Notes under the pieces: model-generated
The model's database searches: none
What the model was told of the DNA's origin: nothing
The model's input: the letters and a program-made list of their open reading frames with translations, nothing else
Made by a program: the position numbers and the translations under genes
In this document: piece after piece, positions 1 to 12,450 of the stretch
Numbering within the stretch: the first letter of the stretch is position 1
How the letters are laid out: every line of letters starts with the position of its first letter
Assembly: GCA_002633005.1 (NCBI GenBank)
Contig: NMRA01000088.1
Location: forward strand, 988,367-1,052,366
Reading direction: 5' to 3'
DNA length: 64,000 nt
Source of the DNA: Phoronis australis
Taxonomy: Eukaryota > Animalia > Phoronida

Positions 1-1884
1 TATGACCTTAATTTTTAAATTTATACCAATATGTTATTAATTGGGTTATGTGGCCATATTTTTATAGTGAAATAAAACAAAAAAAAGATTCATTCATAGC
101 AAAACATCGTCAATAGCATGAGCAAATTTCAATAGATACAAAGATTTACAAAATTTCAAAAATGCTGTTATTTTCCTAAAATATTTCATTTTCATTTTAA
201 ATTTTCCATAAAGTCCCATTTTTTAAATCCCTCACGCAGAAATAAAACATTTTAAAACAATATATCAAAAAAGCTTTGGCAAACTGCACAAAGCATGGTA
301 TATGAAAAACTCATAAGAATCCAACCATCCATTTCCGAGACGTTTTTCTGGGGTCCTGACCACGCATAGAAGAGTAAGAAAATAACACAAACAAAGAAAT
401 TTTATTTATTTCAGATTTTAATGTGGGTAGCTCAATCACTGATATCAAATCGTATTCTTCATAAAGGGCTCACTGCAAACAATTAGTATATATACAGTAT
501 AACTAAAACAAAATACAAAGAACATATACAAACTACACAAAATTTCTCTTGAAGGTTGAGCAAACAGAGTTTGGTGTATTATCTAGAAGTCTTTTTCAAA
601 ATGAGAGAAGAATAAACCTGCTAATCAGTAAGTTCCCATACAAGAAGTTCGTACTGTCAGAAAACTGATTTTTACTTTCCATGAAGCCAGGCGAAGAACA
701 ACGTAATGTACGGTAAAATCTCCTCAATTTCAAACAATAACAATTTCCAAAATTACGCTTTTTAATTTTTCAAAGGCTTCCAACGTTGTTGTGACTGCCC
801 ACAATTTTTCAAATCATTGTCTGTTGGTATGTACAGTACAGAACTTATATACAAATATATGGCAAAGCATCGTTTTGGCACTATATAAAAATGAGAAAAT
901 AAAATTTCACCATCATACCGTGCCCTAAATTGACAAGATCTTACTGTACTTTTTGTCAGTGTAGTCTATGTGTATTGTAGATAAGGCATCACATGAATCA
1001 TCAAAGGTGACCAGGTGACACTGGCAAGCATTTATGGTATGTGTTAATGATAATGACAAACACACCAGTGACAACAAGAGTACCACTGCACAAGAATTTT
1101 TCAGTTCATTCATATACACATAAACTATAACATAGCTAAGCGATACAAACCAAACGGTGAGTATTCGCGCAAGGAGTCTGATACAGTTAAAACATCTGAC
1201 CTGAGACTCAACTGACCAAACATTCTTTCTTCAGTGGTCCTTTCTACTTTTACAAATATCTTTGATGAAGCTTAGTTACGACAATTAAGGTGACTTTGAC
1301 GAAGAATTCCAATTACACTTTTTGGTCACTGTTAGCTTTTTCACCACGCGCACGATAACTACTAAGTATTTCAACTGAGTCACGTGAGTTAGGCAAAGGC
1401 TAGTGCGAGAATGAGCGAAGTGTGAGACGCTGGTGCGCAACACTTGCAAAATAACATGGGCAGGTATCAGGTGAAATTTGTAAGACTTTTTATTCGTCAT
1501 CATACTGACTTAACGTAACTTCCTCAAAATGGCACAAGAGAAACTCGAGCAAAAACCGCAACAGATTTTCATCGATTTGTTGACTGAATCGTCTCCAGAC
1601 TTATGGTATGTGTTAATTATAACTCCATGTGCATATTAGGCAACACGTAACCCCCTCTGTTGGCCATTTAGTGGCTACAATACTTCCATTCGCTTTCAGT
1701 ACGCATTTCTTTACATGTATTTTAAACGAGCGGTGACCCAAATCTGGCCACCGATTTTGAGTGTTCACCTCGTCAAAAATACATTCCACAGTTAAAACTA
1801 TCATTTAAAAAAGCGCTTACTTTCATCATTAGTCCTTTCTACTTCTATACATATCTTCGAAGAAGTTTAGTTGCGAGAATTAAG

Positions 1885-3321
1885 CAGGGACTCATCTAGG
1901 ATTTGAAAATTGGGGGTCCAAATTCGTGAGACTGACGAGTCGTGCAAAGCGCAAATCTGAGGCGCGCAGCGCTGGAGGGGGGAGGTGGGNNNNNNNNNNN
2001 NNNNNNNNNNNNNNNNNNNNNNNNNNNNNNNNNNNNNNNNNNNNNNNNNNNNNNNNNNNNNNNNNNNNNNNNNNNNNNNNNNNNNNNNNNNNNNNNNNNN
2101 NNNNNNNNNNNNNNNNNNNNNNNNNNNNNNNNNNNNNNNNNNNNNNNNNNNNNNNNNNNNNNNNNNNNNNNNNNNNNNNNNNNNNNNNNNNNNNNNNNNN
2201 NNNNNNNNNNNNNNNNNNNNNNNNNNNNNNNNNNNNNNNNNNNNNNNNNNNNNNNNNNNNNNNNNNNNNNNNNNNNNNNNNNNNNNNNNNNNNNNNNNNN
2301 NNNNNNNNNNNNNNNNNNNNNNNNNNNNNNNNNNNNNNNNNNNNNNNNNNNNNNNNNNNNNNNNNNNNNNNNNNNNNNNNNNNNNNNNNNNNNNNNNNNN
2401 NNNNNNNNNNNNNNNNNNNNNNNNNNNNNNNNNNNNNNNNNNNNNNNNNNNNNNNNNNNNNNNNNNNNNNNNNNNNNNNNNNNNNNNNNNNNNNNNNNNN
2501 NNNNNNNNNNNNNATTGAATACGTAACCAACATTACACACCACATTTTTTCTCTTAAAGTTTGCACTGCATTCTCGCGCATCAATATAAGTCGTTCGGCC
2601 GTGCGGATTTTTTTGATATTTTTTCATTCATTCGTTCGAGTTGCAACGGAGCTATGCGAACAAATTAAGGAAGTTTGCGCTAAGTTTTATCTGGTTTGCA
2701 TGTTCAACGACATTGATGGCATTTGTACGGCAGGTCAGTGCTAGAATTTTGTCGGGCTATCATTTTTTTTTCGAAGTGTACGTTCTCCGTCGGCTATTTC
2801 AAATTGGCTGCTCCGTCGAACATATCGAGTGCCGCTTCAACTTCCGCGTCGGCAACTAGCATTAGGGGTACGGCAAATCCTTTGAACTTCGGGTGTGGGT
2901 TCTTCAATTTCAAAGATTAAGTGTCCATGTACGGGTAGCTGGATGCAATATTTCTCGACACTAGTCGTGCGGGGGATTCCGTATGAAGCCACCTTGACGT
3001 CACAGAATAGGAAGGTATTCCCCAAAGATGGCTGCCAGTATTTGCCGATCGTCATTGTGACATTTATAGTAAAAATAGACGGCAAAAGTTTAGTAATGTC
3101 GAGTTATTTCTTAATATTTAGCGAACTTAAACAATGAATTGTAGGTTTCAATGAAATTTGTTAATAATAAATGTTGCAATTCTTCGTTTAGCCTTCATTT
3201 TCGCCGAGGTTGTTTTGGAACAGGGCGTCTTTTTTCCGTCTTGGCCGTGCCGTCCAAAGCCGTCATTTTTTTAAAAGCGCCGTCCCAAGGACGGCCAGGA
3301 CGGCCGCTAGATGAGTCCCTG
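1885..3321. mobile_element. Non-autonomous hAT-like DNA transposon
   Basis: Perfect 15-bp TIR CAGGGACTCATCTAG / CTAGATGAGTCCCTG; perfect 8-bp TSD GAATTAAG (1877-1884 and 3322-3329); contains the assembly gap. Confidence 0.85.
1990..2513. other. Assembly gap (N run)
   Basis: Run of N; the ORFs crossing it are artefacts. Confidence 1.
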
Positions 3322-4602
3322 GAATTAAGATAACTTTGGCGAAGAATTCCAACTCCACTTTTTTGGCTGCCGTTAACTTTTTAACCACGCGCGCGATAAC
3401 CACAAAGTATGTCAACTGAGTCACCTGAGTTAGGAAAAGGCTAGTGCGAGACTGAGCGAAGCGCGTAACGCTAGCGTGTGACACTTGCAAAATAGCACTG
3501 ATGAGAAGGTAAAATTTGTAACATTTGTGTCCCTTGGACTTTTCATTCATCAACATGCGTGATTTCACATAACTTTCTCAAAATGGCACCCGGAAAGAGA
3601 AACGCGAGTAAATCGCGACAGATTTTCGACTTGTTCAAATTATCTCGACTGAATTGTCTCCAGACTTATGGTAGAGTTGTTTATAACTCCATGTGCATAT
3701 ATGCATGTTTCATTTGATTTTATTTCCTGTATTTTGAAATTGGTAACATTTTGTGGGGATGTGCTATCGCCCCTATATGCCTGCGGCATCCAGGGCGATG
3801 TAATTGCCTGGGCCAGCGTTAGTTAATGTGATGACCACTTCCCAAACTTCCGAATGTGCCTGGGCAAATACAATTGACTGCTATTTCGTACCCAGATGAC
3901 TTGGTGCATTGATTCCAATAGTATTCAAAGCAAAACATTACACAAATAATCGCGTTAATCCACAACAGGCCTACACACAGTAAGCGTCCTTCCACGTCCG
4001 TGCTCGGCGTGAGCGATGTTGGCAGTGCTCTTTTAATTTGCCCGGTATATGACTCACTAGAGGGCATACATGCACATTTATCCCAATCGTGTGCGCCTCG
4101 CCCCAGTAACTTACCTTGAGGTTCTAGAAAGCTTGATATATAACGGAACAGTGTATTTAAATTACGAAAAGATATTTCACTGATAACACACCGCCCAACG
4201 AAAACTTGAAATATGGCGACACATCCGGTCAAAACAAATGTATTCGTGCACCAAACCTGGAACTATTTTTGAAAAACTAAAGTCAACTATTTGAGTTACG
4301 AAAGTTTTTTTAATACATATTTGAGTTCAAATAGTAACTCTTAGGTGACAAGTTTGTAAAATATACAGTTTTAACATTATATTTTAATGTTTACCACTCT
4401 TTGCCCATTGTTTGAGCGCAAGGTGATAAATTGGATGCTCTTCGGTCATCTAAAAACGTTGACTTCGCACTTGACTAGAGTTTACCTGTACTCGGGGGGT
4501 TGTGATTTTCTTTTCATTTTGAATTAGTGATTCGTGCTATGAATGAACAATGTTCTCGACGTATATCCACATAAGTGTTGCACATGAAATCTGTGATTTA
4601 AA

Positions 4603-7600
4603 ATGAAACTTCTGACAGGTAATTGGTTTCTGTAGTGCTGAATTTTTATGTTGTAATAGTCATGAACAGCGGCTGTTTAAACGTACCTGTGCTTGAATCT
4701 GGGATCTTCAACTGCGAGTCAAGCGTCCAAACCATCCGACAAAGAGGCAAGAGTCCATTGGCAAGTGCTTGGAGGGCCTTTGTTCAACCGTATGTTACTC
4801 CCGGATTCCAAAATTTACAACAATCTAGATCATACAGAGCAGGGCAAGTGCTGCCTGGCATCAGACTGTTGTGAAATGTGCTTCCGGTGATTCATGTATG
4901 AGCCTCTATTAGCCACTCGCTAACGGGCAATTTCCTATTGGCTGAATGGTTAGCACGCTCGCTGGTTAAATCGGGGTTGCTGGTTCGATTCCCGAGCCTA
5001 GTGGTGGTGCCGTAGAATTTCCATTCAGTGTGGCCGTCGTGACTTCCTTGTGTAATCTAGAGTCGTATGTAAAGCTTAGAGCTCTAAATCGCTTGCCAAG
5101 TAGCAATTTCCTCTTGGATGAACGGTTTGGATGCTCGGCTGATGTGGGAAACCCCGGTATAAGTCTCGGTATCAGCAGAATTTTCTACACTGGCGCCCAA
5201 CTGAGGTAAACCCCACAAAAAACCCTGAGGTGTAAATATTTTGTTCTGAGTGGCAGATCAAGAGGGTACCGACCTGTTGGTGGTGGATCCAGAACACAAA
5301 GAGTGTGTTGCTGAGGGTAAATTCTAGGAGACGAGTTATTGACAGGGGAGAAGTGTTCTGATACGTGACTTCCGGGTATGATGTATGTAGAGTCGCATAA
5401 AGCCTCTCGCTGAACTGTTTGGACATTCTGCTCTCATGTGGGGGAATCCCGGTTCAAAACTTGGTGTTGGCAGAATTTTCTACAGTGAAATCGGTATGTG
5501 TGCTGGACTTTGCCCTCAGCTACACTCGCTGTGCATGGTGAACCAGATAGCCCTTGCTTTTATGGACGCAACCTTCACTAAGGAAATCGTCAACATACTG
5601 TTTTGCAATATGCAAATCACTGTGCATGTCTGTAGCATGAAAACATTTGAAGGCAATTGTGAGGCCAAGTGTTAAGTACTAGCGATCCTAGTTGCTGAAT
5701 GTAGTCTTCTCTTAACTATGACACTCCACCAACAACCAAGCAGAAGACCTACCTTTTTCGTTGATGCGAAGACTGTTTACTTATCAGAAACTTGCCCTCT
5801 TTGTAACTATAGGCATAAAAGAAAAGACTGTAACCGTGTCAATTACATTTAACTTAAGAACAGCTTTATCCAAATAGAATGCTCTGTTTCATGGTGCTGA
5901 CAGTTGGTGTAAAACTATAGTAGTATGGAGCAATAGTTTAGAACTTATTTATTTTCGCTGCCCAAGGAAACTATACAAACTTCCTAACGACCTGAATTTG
6001 CATCTGTTTTTTATGCTTGTGTTTACATGGCTTTTTTACTAAAGTTGCTATTTTGTAGGTTTGAATCCTAATTAACTTTGTAAAATGCCTTACATGTGCT
6101 CAGGTTGTCATTGCATCCACTGCATCTCACTGGTATTTATGCGTTGTTTTCTACAGGCAAGACAGCTGTTATATTTACAATTTTGAATTTCATCTCGGTA
6201 TGGCTCGAAATCCTGGGAACACAGACTACGCCGAGTGTTGGCAACAACTGCACAAACTTGCTAATGGGACAGTATCCTTACCTGTAGAGTATGAGCTGAG
6301 CGCTATTGTGGCAGTTACCTTATGTAGTCTACAACCTAATTTCTATACCCTACCTTCCATCCAAAATTGGTGAGGCCTAACTCTAACCATTTCAGTTCTA
6401 ATCTGTGCTCACGTCTTACCTCACCTACCAGATCACAGGGGCAGATCCAGAATTTTTTAAAAGGGTAACCCAAGTTAACAATTTGAAATTCTAGATTTGA
6501 TATCACTAAAATCAAAAAGGAAAAAGGGGGGTCCTGACCCCCCCCCCTGGATCTGCCTATGGATCAGCATTATTTTGCAGGTTTGTTGATTTGAAAATCA
6601 ATTAGCTGAATGAGAGTGTGTGATAAAGGGGTGTACCGTACAATTCTACGCAATACCTGTAAGCTCCTGGTTATCGAACTTGCCTTGACTAATAAAGATA
6701 CAAATGTTTACCTCCCAAAATTGATGAAGAAACCCAGCAGCCAAGAGGATGTAGTATGGAAAAACCATTTGTAAAAGGTACGTCTCAGTCATTCATTTTC
6801 ATTACGAAGTACAATGCTTGAACATATTCCATATGTTGATAACAATTTTATATCTAGAATGATCTGATCCAGACTTCTAATCAAAATAATAATTATGTTT
6901 CCTTCATATTAAATTTTGTTTCCCTTTGGTAATTCATTGAGATTTTCGTGTAGCCATATTATGTGAATGGATCACTTTAAGAACACAACTCCAGGCTATA
7001 GTATGTGTCAAAAGTCTTTGTTTTGCTCACAATTTTCTCCTTTACCATTCATGTGTTGCTACTGAAGTGATTGGTTGGTGTGGCCACACTATTGAAGTGA
7101 TTGGTTGGTGTGACCACACTACTGAAGTGATTGGTTGGTGTGGCCACACTATTGAAGTGATTGGTTGGTGTGGCCACACTATTGAAGTGATTGGTTGGTG
7201 TGGCCACACTATTGAAGTGATTGGTTGGTGTGGCCACACTACGAAGTGATTGGTTGGTGTGGCCACACTATTGAAGTGACTGGTTGGTGTGGCCACACTA
7301 CGAAGTGATTGGTTGGTGTGGCCACACTATTGAAGTGATTGGTTGGTGTAGCCACACTATTGAAGTGATTGGTTGGTGTGGCCACACTACGAAGTGATTG
7401 GTTGGTGTGGCCACACTATTGAAGTGATTGGTTGGTGTGGCCACAATACTGAATTATGAGATAGAAGACTGTTTACGTTCCAGAGGCAAACATTTCTTTC
7501 CGCACTTGTCTCAAGAGTGTCTTACATTTATGGAACTCTGCCCTAGCAACTGGAAAATTTATGGTAAAATCTCATAAATTCGGGCCAAAAATGATTGCCA

Positions 7601-10600
7601 AAATTGACTTTTTTCATTTGTCATTGTTGCGTGGACTTACGTACAATGGAAGTCCATGATTGTTGCTAATACCCAAAGTTTCTCAAAACATGGCCTAACG
7701 GTAGCTATGGCATAGGACTTAAAAATGACCCTCTACTTCACTGAGTTATTGTGACCACTGGTTGATTACTGAAAGCAAGTCAGACTTACCCAAACTTGGC
7801 AGTGAATATACGTTTGTATATATTTATGGTGTTATGAATCAGCACATTGGTATGGTATTAATAAGAATTAGACTTGTTATTTGCCACATGTTGGTCACAT
7901 CTGAAAAGATCTCTGTCTGGGACTTTCTGCTAACCATTTGGTGCTCCAGTCGACTGAGCTATTGGGACCATCGATTACAATATATGGCAAGCAAGAAGGC
8001 AAATGATAGCTGATTTTGGAAATTGCAGCGCCATATTGAAATTCACAATTCTGCCAGACAGCGATCAGGTCTTTGATGGCCAGGCGTTCAGTGCTACCTT
8101 CAGATTTCGTGTAATGCGGATGGAAGGTTTCAATCTATTGGACTTGAATAACATTTTAACGCCTTTCCTGTTATCGTAATGCCGGTAAATTTCCATTGCT
8201 GTGCGGTGTGACGTGTTAATACCTTACGGAAAAAGGCAAACTTTTTGAAATATCAATGGATAATCAAAGACGCCGTATTCAATATATTTCTCATTGTGAT
8301 GAAGAATCCGTGCAAAAGTCAATGGCTGCTGCTGATAAAGTGTGAGAATTTTGATACTAGCTGGTGTCAAAAAACTAAAGTATATTAGTGAACTTACACT
8401 AATCGAACACTGGTAGGGACTGGCAGTGGAGTTTATTTCTCTGCTTTTAAATTAATGAACCACTATGTAGCAATTAAATTTCTGCCCACGAAATCGGAGT
8501 CGGGATCAAGAGGAAGTCACTTTTATGTTCTCATTACTCTAGAGAGCGCCAATATGAAAACTTCCCTAGTCTTACTTACAGTGTGTCGATTTATAACAGC
8601 ATTACTGTATAGTGTTGTGTTTGGGTTATAGCACCTGCTTACTTCCTGATATTTACAGTGTCTTTGTTTATTTCTTTGCAATAGTTGACTGTCTGCCAGT
8701 GTCAGGGATTGTATGCAATGGAACAGTGCATGATGGGAAAACAGTGGGCTTCACCCATGATGTCCCTTGTAAACCAACGTGAGTATGTTTGTATTCAAAG
8801 GATACTGAACTGTGTTTCAATGATTTCACCCCAAATTGTTTTCATCTCGTGCTACTGCACAACTAGTTCGTCCCCCACATAGTTTGTGTGTTGCGTCAGA
8901 GTTAAAGGCTTCTCATTGTGTGGCAAAGGGGATCTTCTGCTGTTCAAACTTTGCCCACGGCTGATAAAATCAAAGGAAGCTATAGTCATGCCTGTCGATT
9001 TCACAGTCTTTCAAACTTTCTCCAAACTTTGAGGGTTGACAAGGGTTGACAAAAAAATATTTTCTTAGAAAAGGCAATATTTATTAATTGACCAAAACAT
9101 GGTTTGATTACTCATTGTCCTTAATTTTCATCGTTTCTAAAGCATACGAAACCCACTCTTCTCAACTGTGGTGGGCGTGGCCAAGCAGCATTTTGTCGGA
9201 ACTGTCCATTTTTACTTTTATGTACTTATCAATAATCCCCTTTACTCTGTGTATTTATTGCAGAAATGGACATTCATTTGAGACAGCACTTTTGTTATCC
9301 ATATTCTTGGGCATGTTTGGCATTGACCGATTTTACTTGGGATACCCCGCCATAGGTAAGATTTTTGAATTGTCAAACTTGTGTACTGAAAAGTTGTCTG
9401 GTAGATGACAATCAAACATAATTGCCTGCCCTTGAACATATAGAACAGCTTCTTATTTAATTTGAACTTTTTATCTAGTAAAATTTTGCTTTTCATGGAC
9501 AAAAATGGGGACACCCATATAAATATGTGTTTCTATGTAAGATATGGTTATAGGTGGGCACACCTGTCAGTAAAGGTTGATCAGCCAAGTCTCTGTAACT
9601 GAGTACACCAAAGACAATAGAGGCCAACGTGCCAGGAAAGATCCACCTATATACAAAACTACCCATCATGATGGGGTCCAATTATATTTATATACTTCGT
9701 AGACCCATCCCAGTGGGTTTACCTATAAAAATATGGCTGAACCCCTCTTAGAACAAAAGCACAGACACATTTTCATTCAGGTATGGGAGTGCCCTGAGTA
9801 ATGAGTGCATTAGAATGTTCATGAGCCAAAAGAACCACATGACTTCACATTTCCTTCAGTGGAGAGTAAATGTCTTCGTGCCCAAATAAGGCAAGGTACT
9901 GTTGATACTGACTGGTCGCTATCCAAACGGAGGCGGCTGCGTATGTTTTGCAAGCTGAAACTCTCATGAGATGGGCATTCTTGAAGACACTGTAACTTTA
10001 TCGGAGAAGTCTCGTTCATATGAATTTGAGGTGGTTGCTACACGGAGCATTAGCATATTGACGTAAAGATTTTGAAATTTTCTGCGCAGGCATTAACCTG
10101 GATGAGTCTGGTTATTCTAATTGTTGTTTAATTCAACCTGACAAAATTTTTTTCTTCAGGTTTGCTCAAATTCTGCACCCTTGGTTTCATGTTTCTTGGA
10201 CAACTAGTCGACATTATACTGATTGCAATGCAGGTAAGGTTCAACCAGTCTCAACAAACGGTGAGGCACAAACAGCTATACCTGGTGAAGATTCAAAGAT
10301 TCAAAATTTCCAAAACCCTCAGATTTCGAACTTGGTTCTGCCTAAGGTTATCTCAGGACTGAAAGGTGTGGGACCATCAAAGAAAATGTGTGGTCTTCCA
10401 TCAGCAAAAAAGGAATAAATGGTGTCTTGCTTCTTTTTGTTCCGTTAAAAATTGGTTGACATTAGGAAGAACAATTTTTGAAAGTTCAAGGTCATTTGAT
10501 ATGATATTTGCTAATTTCCGTTTTGCCGTTATTGCATTGATACTACCGACATGTAATACCAGATTGGCAATTCATATTTTGAAATAAATTGAACTGGTTT

Positions 10601-12399
10601 GATGGACCCACCAAGCTTTAGCACCTCGTGCTGTGCTGACGTCACTAAATGTTTTGATTCATTGTTTGTGATGAAACACTTTGTCTGGGTTATAGAGAGT
10701 TTGCATTCCTAAGTTCACTGGCATGACATCATGGACCTGTTGTAGCCAATACTCGGCTTTTAAAGAGAATACTTTTCACCACGTGGTGAAATGGATATAA
10801 ACCAAAAGAATAGTAGGCAAATTCCTGTTCATTGTGTTAGTACTAACTAAATCAAATTCCCTTGACACGTTTAGAAAATGGCAAACAGTCTTATTAGCAG
10901 TTATGCTTCACCTCTTTTTACCTTCCACTAACAACAATGGATCAAAGCGTCTGCCATCTTCTACTCTCAGTTTTTTTACCTAAGGACGTCATCAAGTGAC
11001 CTAAATGAGCCCACTGCTTGGTAAAAATGAAAATGACGGAGTGACAAGCAAAAAGTTAAAAGTTTGAATTTTTGCATGAATAAGCTCTTTTGAAGAGATT
11101 GATTTGCGAGCACTTATATTGGACGTATTACTTCAAGTTGCAGATAAAAGTGTTCGTGCAATCGTAATTTCGATGTGTGCAGGTTAATATTTGACCTGCA
11201 GTGCGGACTTCCAACCTTAGTAAGGGTTGGTTTACAAACAACATGGACCAACTTTATCGGAATTTATTGATTGCTGTGATAGTAAAATTCACCACTGCCC
11301 ATCTAAGTTGATTTAATCGAGTTTGAAATTCGTGTCTTCAGCTAGACAAAAGTTACCAGACAAAATATCGTTTTCCCATCATGACGTTCATCGAAAATGA
11401 ATGGTTAACAGCTGTTATGGCAGCAGAACTTTAATTACAGAGGGGCTTAGCCACGTCTCCTGTTAATTTTCTATTAATAGTCATGAGGGAAGACTACTCT
11501 GATGATGAATCAGGATTCCGCCATGACGGGAATTCTGGGTAATTTTGACTGAATGTTTTTGGCATTTACTGCTATTAGCAATGTGTGGGCATTTGAGGCA
11601 CCACAATGCTAGTACTCGCCAACATAAGGTGAGAGTTGATGGGGTTTTCCTTTCTCATACTGTCAGTCTGCTGTTATGTAGATGCGAAATAATGCATGAG
11701 AAAACAAACAGAAATTGACAAATATGATATTGGATCTGCTACAACATAATACTCCTTTTTTTCAAAAACAAATTCTTGTTCGAATTATGAACCATTTTGA
11801 ATTATTGACTGCAGGTGGAATAAGGAATCAGTATAACAGTAGATTTATTTCTCACAGAGTGTTCAAATTTGACTGTGTTTCTGCAACAATGGTGCAATTT
11901 TGTCCGTAAGGACAGCAAGTTCACAATGTAGGTGCGTCCATCTTGTGGCAAAGTCTTTGGTATTCTTCCCCATGCCCATCTGGTTGGATGAATCATTTTG
12001 ATTGTAAACAGTTACTGTTATGAAATCAGTCTGCTGAAGTCATACATTTCCTAGTAGTGTGGTTTGAGGCGACAGTGTGGCCTTGTGGGAAAAGTGTCTA
12101 CTTCCTGTACGCAAGGTCGTGGGTTCGAGTCTCAATGGAGCACACTGCTAGACCCTTGAGTGAGGTCTCTAGCTCCTCGGCTCAGTTTTAACTATATATT
12201 AATGGAGCATAAAAATGTGTGCTGATCACCTGGAACCACCTGAGCTGCCTGCACAAGACTTGTACAACATGTGCCAGACCTTCTGCAATTATTTTTTATA
12301 GCCATGTGGTTGCCTCAGCCTCATGATTTTGTTCACCAAATTTGGACTCGGTTTGTAAAATGGCCACCGTAAAAATGATTTGTACTCACATGCAAACAT

Positions 12400-12450
<51 letters not shown>

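Larger units (their letters stand above)
1229..3700. repeat. Diverged direct duplication of a ~410-bp unit (copy 1 ~1229-1637; copy 2 ~1822-1884 + 3322-3700, split by the hAT-like insertion)
   Basis: Shared blocks gtcctttctactt...aattaag, gaagaattccaa...ggctagtgcgaga...cacttgcaaaata, ccagacttatggta...ataactccatgtgcatat appear in both copies. Confidence 0.8.

Noticed and set aside
1892-2744. Long ORFs across the N run
   Set aside because: Artefacts of translating the assembly gap
4930-5000. Functional tRNA gene
   Set aside because: A and B boxes present but no acceptor stem, full cloverleaf or terminator; treated as a tRNA-derived repeat (likewise 12066, 46024 and ~61045)
7062-7445. CRISPR-like array of ~30-bp palindromic repeats
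   Set aside because: No unique spacers, no cas genes, eukaryotic intron; it is a minisatellite and its ORFs are repeat translations
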